Origin: the human T2T-CHM13v2.0 reference genome, Homo sapiens
Direction: 5' to 3' (one strand)
DNA: 64,000 nt
Assembly: GCF_009914755.1 (NCBI RefSeq)
Contig: NC_060943.1
Shown: in pieces, positions 41,761 to 61,140 of the stretch
How positions within the stretch are numbered: position 1 is the stretch's first letter
Layout: each line of letters begins with the position of its first letter
Notes under the pieces: generated by a model
Seen by the model: only the letters and a program-made list of their open reading frames with translations
Told to the model about the DNA's origin: nothing
Database searches by the model: none
Translations under genes and position numbers: made by a program

Positions 41761-42933
41761 GCTACAATGTGGGGGCATGTCCATAGGTTGCCAGGGGAGG
41801 TGCCAGAATGAGAAACTATGTGGTTTGTTGTCTGTGATTTGTGTGGGCAGGAAGCTGTGTGGGTGCTTGGAGATGCTGGTGTGCTCTGGGGTTTGGGAGA
41901 CTGCTGTTGTGGTGGAGAGACAGAAAGATTGAGATAAAGGGGAAAAGATGGAGAAAGGGAGGGACGAGAGCTGAAAAGGGAGAGACAGACAGGAGCCTCA
42001 GCCTTAAGCCTGAAAAGCTGACCACGCTGGCTGCTTGTCCTCTGGCACAGTAGTTTTTCCATCCCTCTCAGTCTCTGGGGGCACGTGAGGAATTTAAAAG
42101 GAAAAAGGAATGGGAGACCTACCATGTGCTGGTTATGAAAATAAATGACAGAAAGATGAAAATTAAGCACTGTGCTCAATGCTTTATGTAGATCATTTCA
42201 GAATCCTCCCAACAATTGATAGGGAATAGTTACCATTTCACTGATAGAGAAACAGGTTTGCAGTGGTTACCTAACTTGCCAGAGGTTGTATAGGTAGCAT
42301 GTGGTGGTTTGGCTGTTTGAGACCAGGTGTTCTGATCCTTAAGCCTAGTAGTTCTTACCACTGAGTTATGCCACTTCATAGGTAATGGCTTTATTCTTCA
42401 AGGCAGTGAGGTCTGCTGGACAAGAATTCACCATAGGGGGTTTGGATGACTGTTCAAGCATAGCCTGCTCCTCCCTCCCTCTCTCCTTCTTTCTGTCTGA
42501 GGAGATTGCCCAGAAAAGTCAAGAGATTAGTTTTCAGTTGTGGGTTGTCATAAGCCAGGACCAGAAGTAGGCCGTCTTGACTCTTTGATCGAGTGTCCAC
42601 CACACTACATGGACCCTCTGATACTCACTCTGTGTATAGAGATGCTTTCTCTGAGAAATTTCACTTTGTAGCTTTATCTGTCATCCTTGCAGAAAGGGTG
42701 GGAACATATTTCCTTTCAACATCATGATCGGGTGGAAAGAATTAAAAGTTAGAACTGGTTTCCAGTTTGGCTTAATTATTACCATGATGCCTTGAATAAT
42801 TACTCCGATGAAGAGCCTTCATGTGTGAAAGAGGGGGAAATCCTTGCTTGGTAATACCATTCTGTAATTGCTGTTTTTGTTTTAAATTATAAATGGGGAG
42901 GTAACTTAAACACAGAACAGGTATGTTGTATTC

Positions 42934-43230
42934 TTTTTTTTTTTTTTTTTTTTTGAGACAGAGTCTCGCTCTGTGGCCCAGACTGGAGTGTGGTGGCGCG
43001 ATCTTGGCTCACTGCAAGCTCCGCCTCCTGGGTTCACGCCATTCTCCTGCCTCCTCAGTAGCTGGGACTACAGGCGCCCGCCACCACACCTGGCTAATTT
43101 TGTGTATTTTTTAGTAGAGACGGGGTTTCCCCGTGTTAGCCAGGATGGTCTCGATCTCCTGACTTCGTGATTCGCCCGCCTCGGCCTCCCAAAGTGCTGG
43201 GATTACAGGCGTGAGCCACCGCGCCTGGCC
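42934..43230 (-). mobile_element. AluY-like
   Basis: 15-bp TSD GTATGTTGTATTCTT. Confidence 0.92.
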
Positions 43231-43518
43231 CGTATGTTGTATTCTTAAGATCCAAAGCATGTGGGAAAAAGAATTGTAAATTTAGATATAAATGACTTGC
43301 TCAGTGATACCTCTAATTTACTCCTGAGGTTGGGGAAAGAAGGAGAAAGAGAAGGAAAGGTTTCTAGGCTGATGATACTGAGAGCTGCAGGGCAGGCCTG
43401 GCATTTTATGGTTTCTTTTCCTTCTCCAGCTCGACTTTCTCAGGATACTGTCCCTCTCCCACAGAGGAGCTGAAGGAGTAGGACAGAAGAACTGTCAAAT
43501 TCTGGAATCCTTAAAGCC

Positions 43519-43527
43519 ATGTCCAAG
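43519..43527 (+). CDS. ZNF583: ZNF583 first coding segment (MSK) in exon 43430-43527
   Basis: GCCATGTCCAAG|GTAAGG; acceptor TCTCCAG|CTC. Confidence 0.88.
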
Positions 43528-44705
43528 GTAAGGAAGCATTTCTTCTCTCTTCCCTAAAATGCCATCTTATTTTTTAGGTTATACGAACATTTTGATTTTC
43601 TTCCAAAACTCTGCAACCTAATAAGGTTCCATCCATCCAGTGACTCGTTCCTCATATCTTGCTTTCCAGTAAAAGTCTCCAAAAGCCTAGTTATCGTTTT
43701 TTCCACAGCCAGCATTTTTATCTTCACTCAAGAAATAGTTCAGCACCTTCTCTGGGTTTAGTGTCTGTTAGAAGCTTTCAAGATGCAAAAATACACTCAT
43801 TGGCATATGTAAACCTTCATTGTAGTAAGTTGATTGAGACTGAGGTGTATGTTCAGATGTAACCACTAGCATAAATAAAGCTTTTCCATAGACCTAGGTT
43901 TGAAAAGAAGGCAAGACAGGAGGGTTATCAGGTGGTCTTAGTCACAGAACAGGGCAAAGTCTCTTGCTCAAAGTGATCTTGAGGAGTGAGATGTGTTGAG
44001 TCTTGAATATTAAAGTGTGGGTCAGCTAGGGCAGGGATTTTTCCAGGCACTCCGTGGGCTTTGAAGAACAGTATTCCAGGGAATAATGAGGTACCATTTT
44101 AGGGACATTCTGAGTGTCCACAGCTATGTTATTCTAGGTCATCCAGTTAAGATTAGTGGAATTAATATGTAAAAAATAGCAGAACTTTGTTTTGGAAAAG
44201 ACTAATGGGAGAGCACTTGAATCTGCATTAAAATAAAAGCTGTATATGTCTATAATAATGAAAACAGTTGATAGTGTGGAATGGAGCCAGAAGAAACATA
44301 CAATGTTAAGAAACAAATCCAAGTATAAGAATTCCATAAGAATGGAAATCTTCATTCACTGAACATATAGTTATTAAAGGCCTTGTGCTAATTGCTGTGA
44401 TAAATAAAAATAAATAAAAATAAACACCTTGTGCCAAGTGCTGTGATAAATAGGCCCTGTCTTTGTCTTCATAGAATTTAATGTATACTAGTTTATTATA
44501 TGATGTACTGATATTATTTTAAATCAGTGGGAAAGGGATGGATTATTCATCTAGTAAAAAAAATTCTCTGCACTTAGAGAAAAATACATAGAGGTTAAAT
44601 GCATTATATAGGTTAAATATATATATATACACACACACACCTCTAGGTTAAAATATGGAAAATGGAGAAAGAGTAAGGTGAGGCAGATGCAGAAATCAAC
44701 TAGTA

Positions 44706-44904
44706 CAGCACTGTCCAATAGAACTTTCTGTGATGATTGACAATAGAAATGTTCTATATCTGCAGTGTTTAACATAGTAGCCACTAGCCAGATGTGGCTA
44801 CAAAGACTTGTATATACTAGCATGACTGAGAAACTGAATTTTTCATGTTAATTGATTTAAATTTAGCCGTATGTAGCTAGTAGCTAGTGTATTAGACAGC
44901 ACAG
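44706..44904. mobile_element. MER3/MER33-like hAT element
   Basis: CAGCACTGTCCAATAGAACTTTCTG...TATTAGACAGCAC termini. Confidence 0.7.
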
Positions 44905-46811
44905 TCTTAGGCTTATAAAACAGTAAAGCCAGGAAGATAATTATGGGTGATCTTGTCCAAGTTTCTCATTCTACAGATGAAGAAAAAGAGGCCAGGGGAA
45001 GAAAGTGACATGTCCACGTAACCAGTTAGTGACTGAGTCAGATGTAAGAAGTTGTAATAAAAATTGAGGGTCAGTAATGTCGATGATGATGAGTGATGAT
45101 ATGAAAAGGGTGGTAGAAAATGATGAGGGACACTGTAGCGAGTCTGTGATGGGGCTCATTATTTCACTCCCATGCCCAGAACCTTCATTGCCTTCCTATC
45201 TTACTTGGAATGAAATCCAGTGTCCTAACCATGGCCTATAAGGCCCTTTGTGCTTCAGGTCCTGGCTTTCCTAGACCTCATTTTCTACAAGTATTTACCT
45301 CTCTTCATTTTAATCACAGTTGTGAATTTGCTGTCCCTCAGACTTACTGTGCTTTTTCTTGTCTCTGGACTTTTGCATTTGCTCCCCCATCCCCCTACAT
45401 GTTGACATAGCTTGCTCCCCCATTTCATTTAGATTGTTGTTCAAACCTTACCTCTTCATTTAGACTTACCTTGACTATATTATCTACAATAAACAGCCTA
45501 TCACTCTTAATCACCCTTTACCTTCTTTTGTTTTTTGTGGCATATGTCACTACCTGACATGTATGACCTTATGTTTAATGTTTTTCTCCTTTGTTAGAAT
45601 ATTAAGAGGAGGAACTTTGTTTTGTTCACCTTTGTATTCCTGACTCTTAGAATAGTGCCTGGTTGGTAATAGGCATTCAGATGAATTCCTTATCTGTGAG
45701 TGAGACCAGGATAGCTAGAGTTAGCCACCTCTTCTTTCCTGCTACTGATTTGGTAACAGAAGAAAGAAAAAGCTGAAAGTATGATGTGTAGAATAGGTGG
45801 AACCCATTAGCCCAAATGCTGTTTCCAGGACCCCACCCCAGACCTCCTGAATCATGGTCTCTTGGTGGCACCTAAGAAAACACATTTTTATTGGGTTTCC
45901 CAGGATGATGATTATCTTTTTTTGAGATGGGGTCTCACTATTTTGCCCAGGCTGGTTTTGAACTTCTGGCCTCCAGCTGTCTTCCTGCCTCAGCCTCCCA
46001 AGTAGCCAAGTAGCTGGGTTACAGGTATCCAGGATGATTTTAATGCATGGTTTTTGAGAACCTCTGCCTTTAAAGATTATATTTAAAGTATGCCTCTTGT
46101 AAGCAGCATATAACTGGCTAGTTTTAAAAAAGCTAGCCTGATAATCTTAATCTTTTAGTGTTTATTACATATTTAATGTAATACTTATACGTACGTGCTT
46201 AAAGCTACTGTGTTTCTGTTTGTTTTCCATTTATCCCATCTGTTCTTTTTTCCTTTGTTTCTCCTTTTTTGCTTTTTTTTGGTTAAGTCAGGTATTTTTC
46301 CTTATTATTTTAGTAATTATACATAATTTTTATTGTTCTTTTAGTGGCTTTTCTAAGATAATATTCATCCATTACTCATATGTAGTAATCCTTCTTTCTT
46401 CTGTAATCTTCCTCCTATGATTAGTACCCTTATCACTTCCTGAACAGGATAAGATGCCTATGGTGATTTAACTCCACAATATTCTTATTGCTCTATTTGT
46501 AATTACTACTTTAGAACTCTTAATTTCTTCCTGTGTTTTCATGCTTCCATTTTCCTTCTGTATTACTAATACCTGAAGAACTCTTCGAGTATGTCTTCGA
46601 GTGCAAGCCAACACTTTACTCCCACCCTGAATTGTTTTTTCAATTCAAAAACAATTTGACCGTATCGTTGCTGGGTCAAAATAGTGTAATTAAAAATTTT
46701 TTTGAGGTTAAGTAATTTTGTGAAATCCTGGTCTCAATGGAGAGAATGACGTCTGTGAATCGATTTTAAGAAAATAATTCAAGACCTATGCAACATCATA
46801 GTAAAACATTA

Positions 46812-47715
<904 letters not shown>

Positions 47716-47829
47716 AAGGAGTGGGGGGAAATCACTGAGGGTAGAAATACTGGAAAGTATATTTTAAGTTTCTTTAATGATGGCAATATTTTAAATTAAA
47801 TCAAAGTAAATATAAAAAAATGTACAAGG

Positions 47830-48800
47830 TATTCATGGTCTCATTGGCTGACAGGAAAATGTCAGATAGTTAAAACACAGACTCTATTAGTTCATGTGTG
47901 CAGCTAAAAAATGTCTCAAGGACTTCATGTAGCAAAAGCTGCTTCGCTAATGTCTACAGAATAAATGATGTGTGTGGAACACTTTCCCGCACAAAATTTT
48001 AAAGAGTTTGTATTGAAGTATTTGAGTTACAGTAGAATTGATGATTAGCAGCGCCCAGGCCTATCCAGCACGAGTTTTAATTTTTAGACCTGATTCACAT
48101 TCTTTTCCTTCTTTGAAGCTACAAGTCACTTCCTCAGATTTCCTTGTATTAAGAAATGTTTCAGAGATAGAAGCTTTTTAAGCAGCTGATGCGTGTAATT
48201 GATATTTCTTGGAGCCATACTTTTGCTTCCTTTATAGATAACCTCCTTAACATTTTTGTGCATTTTTCCGGCAGTAGCAATTAACATTGACTCATTTTTT
48301 TTTCCATTAAAAAGGTTTCTAAATAAAATCACTGATGTATTTGAGTATTTCTTCAATAGGAGCATTACTCTGCAAAGAGTCATATAAGAGTAGGGGTGAT
48401 GTTCATATTTGACAACCAACAAGGCAAAGGCACACAGCAGAACTTATCCTAGCTGGGATCCTGGAGTTTGCTGCCATGCTGGGCATTAATCTTCAGTTGC
48501 TGAATTCCTTATGGAGAAATCTGGTGTGGTCACTAGCAGCACTCAGTGAAGTAGCTGTTTATCAATGAGTGTGGCAGTATTTCAGTATTTAAGAAATCAG
48601 TATGTTCAGGTGTGTACCATTGAATGCCATCTCTATGTCAGCCCAGCTTAAGAGCAGGCTCTGTGACATGTCAAAACCAAGATGCATATGCCTAACCATA
48701 CAACAAGCCCTGATAAGTCTTGAGCTGATTTATCTTGTTAGGAAGAAGACCCATTTTTAATTTTTAGGGAGCAAACTAGGTCTTGTTCCGTGTTATCTTA
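47830..48800 (-). mobile_element. Fossil Ty3/Gypsy pol remnant (RT thumb, RNase H, integrase N-terminus); may extend to ~50100
   Basis: Manual minus-strand translation gives motifs in Gypsy order (see findings). Confidence 0.55.
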
Positions 48801-50332
48801 AAGATCCTTAATTCAACATTCGGTAGTATTATTTGGGAGCTGTACTGTAACATTTTTAAAACTCTCTTGCTCATCAAACAGGCACAATTGTGTATGTTTC
48901 TCTAGTGAGAGCTGTAGATATTTTTTGATGCATTTTATTATCAGACTTGGAGACATTCACTAAGTAAATTAATAGTGCTTAAATTACTATTATTTTGTCT
49001 CATGTAGCATGATTATAAGTTACCAACTATCTTTACAACTTAGTGGGGTTATCAAGAGCTGTTAGGCAATCATTTGTCGCCTCTTACACACAGTCTCAGG
49101 AAAATTTTTATTTCCAATGAACATTTGTCCCATATTGAAGTAACTTTTATTGTACTTCTTTGATTCCTTCTTATCAAGTACTGATTATACAGATTCAAAC
49201 ATTTATTGTAATATCACTCTTCTTCTTCTCAAGACATTAGAAGTCATAGTCTTTGAGATCAACTTCATTTTATCTGTGACAAATTTTTTCTTGTTTTGAT
49301 TCAGATACCTTTTTGTTTGTTTGTCTTTAGAAACGGGGTCTCACTATATTGCCCAGGCTGGACTCAAGCATCCCAGGCAATCCTTCTGCCTCAGCCTCTT
49401 GAGTACCTGGGGCTTTAGGCATGCACCACCACACCTGGCCTGATTCAGATACCTTTTGTGACACCAAGCTGCTGGTCATCTAAACCATATGCCTTCCATT
49501 CATTTAAACCATCTACAGGAGAGGAATTTGTGTAAAACAAATGTTTAAAATTCAACACACACAAGACCTAGGTTGTCATTGTGAAATGTGTAATATGAAA
49601 TGTAAAAAATACGTGAGATACCTTAGGTCATCAGTGAGATGAGATGCATCACTTTGACAGCTGGTTGGCAAATGTTGTCTTTGCCACCAAGCACAAATTC
49701 AGTGGCATACTTTCACACATCAGGTGATCTGTCACTCAGCTTCTTGATTGCTCTCTGTTATGGTATACATTTAAGCCATATTTTTGCAAGTCAGTATATA
49801 ACTTTGTTTACTGTTTCTATTATATATTTAATTTTGGAAAGTCAATATAAGCATCAAACATATTTATATATATTTTTATACAACCTTATTGATGTCTCTG
49901 GAACATTGACCATTCCATTGTACTGAGTTTGGAAAAATGCCAGATTCAACCATGTACACATTATAAAGCTTAGCCTGTTTCCTCCTCGAAGCTCTTTACT
50001 GCCCCGGTGTATCTGATTTTCCAATATTGAGAAATGCTCTGGCATTTAGTATGAATAACATATTTTATACTTTATTTACAGTGTTCTGTTGTTTTCCAAT
50101 TTTGTGTGTGTGATAAATCCTTTCTCTACCAGTAGGATTATCTCTCAAATTGTATACTTTCCATGACAGAATATCAAAACAAAGCACAAAGAAGTCATTT
50201 AGCAATTACCTGACATGTGTTGCTCAGAACCTAAGATACTGTCAGAAAGTTTTGCTATGTGCAATATTTTTCTCTAAAAGTATAGACAATTTAACTTTTT
50301 AACTTAGGCTCATGTGAGGATATGAACACTAG

Positions 50333-50506
<174 letters not shown>

Positions 50507-50744
50507 TAATTCAGAATCTGTACATGGGACTGAGCTCCAATGTAATATTTGGGAAACCTCTGACGTGCTTCACTAAATTTCCTTTTCTTGTGCTTCCCAA
50601 AATAGGTTGAATTTGTAGAATTGGCAGCTTCATCTTCCCCATTCTTATTCCTCAGCTCCCTCCCATTATTCTCCCACCTTCTTGATGATGCAGAAACTTG
50701 ATCTTATTTATAGACCTGCCTAATTCCCCTTTTGTTTTTTGTAA

Positions 50745-50849
<105 letters not shown>

Positions 50850-51164
50850 TGAGAGAGAAATAGGGAGACAGAAGCCATTGCCAGGAAAAGCTCAGCAATT
50901 CTGAAAGATTTCAGTTCATAATTGACGTTTCCTGGGTAGCTCTTCTTAAAGACTCAAAGCCTGGGAAGAAATATTGAGGCATCTTTAGTATGAGCTCCTC
51001 AATTTGTTCTCTCTGTCTATATTCTCTCACAAGTTACAGTCTTCTCTGACAGTAATCTTCTCTGATAACCCATTTTCCTATTGTTGGATCCAGATGTCAC
51101 AGCATCTCCCTGTCCTTGCCTTTTAGTTTTATACAAGTTGCTTGGTTTCATTTTTTAAAAATCC

Positions 51165-52747
51165 AGGTGCCTGTAATCCCAGCTCTTTGGGAAACCAGAG
51201 TGGGTGGATCACTTGAGCCCAGGAGTTCGAGACCAGCCTGGGCAACATGGCAAAACTAAAAATACAAAAAAAAAAAAAAAAAAAAAATTAGCCAGGCCTG
51301 GTGGCACGCGCCTGTAATCCCATCTACGTGGGAGGCTGAGGTGGGAGGATCACCTGAGCCTGTGATCTGAGATCGCGCCCCTGCACTCCAGCCTGGGTAA
51401 CAAAGCAAGAGCCTGTCTAAAAAAAAAAAAAAGCCAGGTTATTTTTGTTTGTTTTGTTTTGTTTTTCCCTTTCTCAGTTACTCATTCCTTTTAGATTGAA
51501 GGATTGATGCATTTATTTATTTATTTATTCTTTTACCAAGCCTCATTGACTTTATGTTTTGAGAAGAGGATTCTGCTAAATTCTTGGGATTATTCAGAGG
51601 CTTATACACCAACAAAGAAAAAAGAAAGCCAATTTTATTTTCAATTCTGGGTAACTAGAAGATGATAACACTTAATAGAAACAATCAGAAGCAAAAGTTG
51701 ATAGGAGGAAAGATGAAAAATTTGGCTGTGGACATAAGAGGGTTATATATATAAGATGAGGAGAGTTCCAAGCAAAGAAATGCAACATGCAACTGGTTTA
51801 GAAGATGGGGGCTCAGAAAAATAGTCTGATTTAGAGATGTCAGTGTGAATGAATGAGATCACTGGTCTTAAGAGTTTGAGAGATAAAGCCTGATGCTGAG
51901 GCCTTTGTGGGGAAGTGAATCTTTGATAACTTTCTCAGTATCCTCCATGGTAAATGGCATCTCTATAATTTGTCTTTGGTTAATATATATATATTTTTAG
52001 ATGAGGTCTTGACCTGTTGCCCAGGCTGGAGTGCAGTGGTGCACTGCAACCTCCACCTCCCAGGTTCAAGCAATTCTCCTGCCTCAGCCACCCAAGTAGC
52101 TGGGATTACAGGCATGCACCACTACGCCCAGCTAATTTTTCTGTATTTTAAGTAGAGATGGGGTTTCACCATGTTGGCCAGGCTGGTCTTGAACTTGTGA
52201 CCTCAAATGATCTGCCCACCTGGGCCTCCCAAAGTGCTGGGATTACAGGCATCAGCCACTGCCCCCAGCCTGTCTTTGGTTAAATTTTATGCATTTTAAT
52301 TTTTCTAGATAATTGTCCTTTTCATTTAGGTTATCAGATTTCATGAATTTGAGCAAAATAATCTACAATTAGTTTTCTTTTATATGTATAATGGTTTCCA
52401 ATTTTAATTTTTTATTTTGTGTAACTATTCTTTTTTTAAAAGAATATATTGGTCGGGCGTGGTGGCTTACACCTGTAATCCCAGCACTTTGGGAGGCCGA
52501 GGTGGGTGGATCATGAAGTCAGGAGTTCAAGACCAGCCTGGCCAAGATGGTGAAACCCTGCCTCTACTAAAAATACAAAAATTAGCCAGGTGTGGTGGCA
52601 GGCTCCTGTAATCCCAGCTACTTAGGAGGCTGAGGCAGAGAATCACTTGAACTCAGGAGGTGGAGGTTGCAGTGAGCTGAGATTGCACCACTGAACTTTA
52701 GCCTGGGAGACAGAGTGAGACTCCGTCTCAAAAAAAAAAAAAAAAAA
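51165..52747. mobile_element. Alu group (51165-51432 plus; 51995-52270 minus; 52451-52747 plus)
   Basis: Alu consensus matches. Confidence 0.85.
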
Positions 52748-53139
52748 GAATACATTTATTAGGTTGCTCTACTCATAAATCAGTTTATTTTTAAAGAACT
52801 AGCTTATGGATTTATGTATTCATATTCTTTTCCAATTTTGTGTTTTTTTCTGTACTAATTCATAAAATATTTTCTCCTTACTAATTCTTTCCTTCTAATT
52901 TTCTTATTTATTTTGATTTCCATAGTGCTGAAATGAGAGCTTAATCTATTAATTTAATTCTTTTATTTAGTAATGAGATTATTAAGGACTATGAATTTTC
53001 CTCTAAGTTTATCTTTGTCTATCTCCTGTAGATTCTGATACTTAGTGTTTTTGTTACTGCTGTTCATACTAGATAATCTACCTTAAACATTTTTTTCTTT
53101 CACCCAGAGTTGTTTAAAAGAGAGTTTTCTGGTTTTATT

Positions 53140-57460
<4,321 letters not shown>

Positions 57461-57466
57461 ATAGTG

Positions 57467-57648
57467 CAATGATGCTCAAAATGTCGTCTTGAGACCAGCA
57501 GCACCACCTGTGAATTTATTAGAAACGAAGATTCTCAGCCCTCAACCTCCACTAACTCAATCAAAAACTCTGTGTGTGGGGTATAGCAATCTGTAGTTTA
57601 GCAAGTTTTATCTAATTCTGATACACTCTAAAATGTAAGAATCATGCC
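57467..57648. mobile_element. MER5A-like hAT element
   Basis: GACCAGCAGCA..CACCTG.GAA.TT.TTAGAAA motif. Confidence 0.65.
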
Positions 57649-59316
57649 TGTAACGATTATAATATCTATCCTTAACTTTTCAGTCTAATGAGAATTAGTA
57701 TTCATCAATGACTATACCTATGTTTTTACTTCCTTATTATAGTTTTATCAACTTAATTCTGGGTTTAATTAGATCATTGCTCCTTGGCAGTCATTTCATA
57801 TTTCTTTTTTGACCCATCAGTCTTCAGAATTTAATTTTCATGTTGACTTTTTATAGGGCATTCATGGGTGTGATTTGCAACTGTTTAGAGAGGAAAGTGG
57901 AATTTGGAAGGGCACTGAGGCAGCACAGCGGAATTAGCAGCCTCAATTTAAGTATGTTGCCTTCAGATTCTTTTCCTTCCAAATATCATTATCCACTGTA
58001 ATATTTAAGTTTAGTGGTAATATTCCATTTGGTTTCAGACATTTACCCCATTCATGCAAGCATGTCATTCTAATAAGAGGATGAATTAGTGTGGTGTTTT
58101 ATGTCTTATTGATTCAGTATTTATTCCAAAGATACTAAGCACCTTCTATCTGTCCAGGCTATTTTAGGCAATGGGTGTTCAAGGGTGAGAAAAAAACTTC
58201 CTGCACATGAATGTTTACATTCTAATAAGAATAGAGAGTAAGTTAACATGTAATATGATATTAAATAAGTTAAGTGCTATGAAGTGCAAAGCAGGAGGAA
58301 AGAGAAACATAAGAGTGTGGAATACTTCATATTGGATGTTCAGCAAAGGCCATACTGAAGAGGTAATATGTGAACAGAACCTCAAGTGAAGAAGTGCAAT
58401 GAGAGAAGGGATCAAGCAGATATCTGTGGAAAGTGCTTTTCAGGCAGAGAAACAGCAAGTCTGGTGCTCCTAAAGTGGAAATAAAGTGAATTCCCATATG
58501 ACTGAAGTGGAGTAAGCAAGCAAGGGAGTAGTAGAAGATAAGATCAGAGAACACCAGGTCATGTAGAGTTTCATAAACCAAGGTAGGAATTTTCACTTTA
58601 TTCTAAATGTAGTAAGAAACAGGAAAATCTTAAGCAGAAAAATGAAGTGATCTGATTTGGAACTGGACAGGGGAAGGCAGACTAAGTTCTGTGCTAGGTT
58701 AGTAAGACCAAGCAGTTTGATACAAAACTACTCTTATATGAAGGCATCTTAGCTGCAGGGATCAATTGAAAGTTTACATATGGTTGGAGTTTGTTACATA
58801 GAAAATGATTTTCTGGAAGACTTTTTTCTAACTACAGATGTTTACCCATAGAGTTTTATGAACAATATGAACAACCATAAAGTTTTACATGTATCCTAAT
58901 AAGGATATTAATACTGCCTAGTGTTGTTTTTAGGCCTGGGATTCCAATGGAGTTTTTAATCATATTAACATCATAAAACTGGCTTATAAAAGATAACTTA
59001 GCTTGAATGCAGGATAACCTATGACAAGAGAGGAAAGGTGTTTGAAGTCTGTTATTAACTTAGATATAAAAAGATGATTATGATTTTTAGAATACCACCT
59101 TCATTGTTTTGTTCTTATATTTACCTTACTGGTTGTCAATGATTATTTCCTTAATCAACTCTCTTAAGTTCTTATTATTTATAATGTCATTATTTTAGAA
59201 TGCATTATAAGCTTTTAAATCCTTTAACTTGTGATGTATTTTATTCACGTTTTTGTTTTAGAAATTTCTTCTAGTGAATTAAATACAAAAGTCATTTGTT
59301 TCTTGATATCTTTTAG

Positions 59317-60794
59317 ATTGGGAGTATGTATTTAAAAACAGTGAATTTTCATCAAAGCAAGAGACATATGAAGAATCATCCAAAGTTGTGACAGTGGGAG
59401 CAAGACATCTTAGTTATAGCCTTGACTATCCCAGTTTGAGAGAAGACTGTCAAAGTGAGGACTGGTATAAGAACCAGCTGGGAAGTCAAGAGGTACATCT
59501 TAGTCAATTAATCATCACTCATAAAGAAATCCTTCCAGAAGTTCAAAATAAAGAATATAACAAATCTTGGCAAACATTCCACCAGGATACAATCTTTGAT
59601 ATACAACAGAGTTTTCCCACCAAAGAAAAAGCACATAAGCATGAACCACAAAAGAAAAGTTACCGAAAAAAATCTGTTGAAATGAAACATAGGAAAGTCT
59701 ATGTAGAAAAGAAACTTTTGAAATGTAATGATTGTGAGAAAGTCTTCAACCAGAGCTCATCCCTTACTCTTCATCAGAGAATTCATACTGGAGAGAAACC
59801 CTATGCATGTGTTGAATGTGGGAAAACGTTCAGCCAGAGTGCAAACTTGGCGCAACATAAGAGAATACATACTGGAGAGAAACCCTATGAATGTAAAGAA
59901 TGTAGGAAAGCCTTCAGCCAGAATGCACACCTGGCCCAACATCAGAGAGTTCATACTGGAGAGAAACCTTATCAGTGTAAAGAATGTAAAAAAGCCTTCA
60001 GCCAGATTGCACACCTGACTCAGCATCAGAGAGTTCATACTGGAGAGAGACCTTTCGAATGTATTGAATGTGGAAAGGCCTTTAGTAATGGTTCATTTCT
60101 TGCTCAGCATCAGAGAATTCATACAGGAGAGAAACCTTATGTGTGTAATGTGTGTGGGAAAGCCTTTAGCCATCGTGGATACCTAATTGTACATCAGAGA
60201 ATTCATACTGGAGAGAGACCCTACGAATGTAAGGAATGTAGGAAAGCCTTCAGCCAGTATGCACACCTTGCTCAACATCAGAGAGTTCATACTGGAGAAA
60301 AACCTTATGAATGTAAAGTATGTAGGAAAGCCTTCAGCCAAATTGCATACCTTGATCAACATCAGAGGGTTCATACTGGAGAGAAACCCTATGAATGTAT
60401 TGAATGTGGGAAGGCCTTTAGCAATAGTTCATCACTTGCACAACATCAGAGAAGTCATACTGGAGAAAAACCCTATATGTGTAAGGAATGTAGGAAAACA
60501 TTTAGCCAGAATGCAGGCCTTGCTCAACATCAGAGAATTCATACTGGAGAGAAACCTTATGAATGTAATGTTTGTGGGAAAGCGTTTAGCTATAGTGGAT
60601 CTCTTACTCTACATCAGAGAATTCATACTGGAGAAAGACCCTATGAATGTAAAGATTGCAGGAAATCTTTCAGGCAGCGTGCACATCTTGCTCATCATGA
60701 GAGAATTCATACTATGGAGTCATTCTTGACTCTTTCCTCTCCCTCACCCTCCACATCAAATCAGTTGCCAAGACCTGTAGGTTTCATCTCCTGA
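59317..60794 (+). CDS. ZNF583: ZNF583 zinc-finger exon, 12 C2H2 fingers
   Basis: TTTTAG|AT acceptor; spliced CDS 9+127+96+1478 = 1710 nt = 569 aa, matching ZNF583 as I recall it. Confidence 0.95.
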
Positions 60795-61140
60795 ATATTT
60801 CTGGAATCCACCTCTTGAATCCATTTCCATCCCATCATCCTTGTCCAATGCACATTAATATATTTGACATGGGATACTCGAGTAGCTTTCTAATTGGTCT
60901 CCTTGTACTCACCATTGTCTCTGTCAGATGTCCACATTGCAACCAAATTTGTATTTTTAAAAATATGTTTAATCTCATTTCTCCCTCATTAAAATCCCTC
61001 AGTGGCATCCCATGGTTTTTAAGTTAAAGCACACATTCTTCAAAATAGCCTAAAAACCTAGCCTCTAACACCTTGTTCCAGGTTACCTTCCAAAGTTTCT
61101 ATCTTGTGTCACTATCCATCTCATTCTCTGAATACTTATC
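60715..61140 (+). mobile_element. L2 LINE fragment overlapping the ZNF583 stop codon
   Basis: Alternative frame from 60716 reads [31 protein letters not shown], typical of the L2 ORF2 C-terminal region. Confidence 0.8.

Noticed and set aside
40546-41784. His/Thr/Ser-rich minus-strand ORFs up to 224 aa
   Set aside because: Translation of the TG-rich minisatellite
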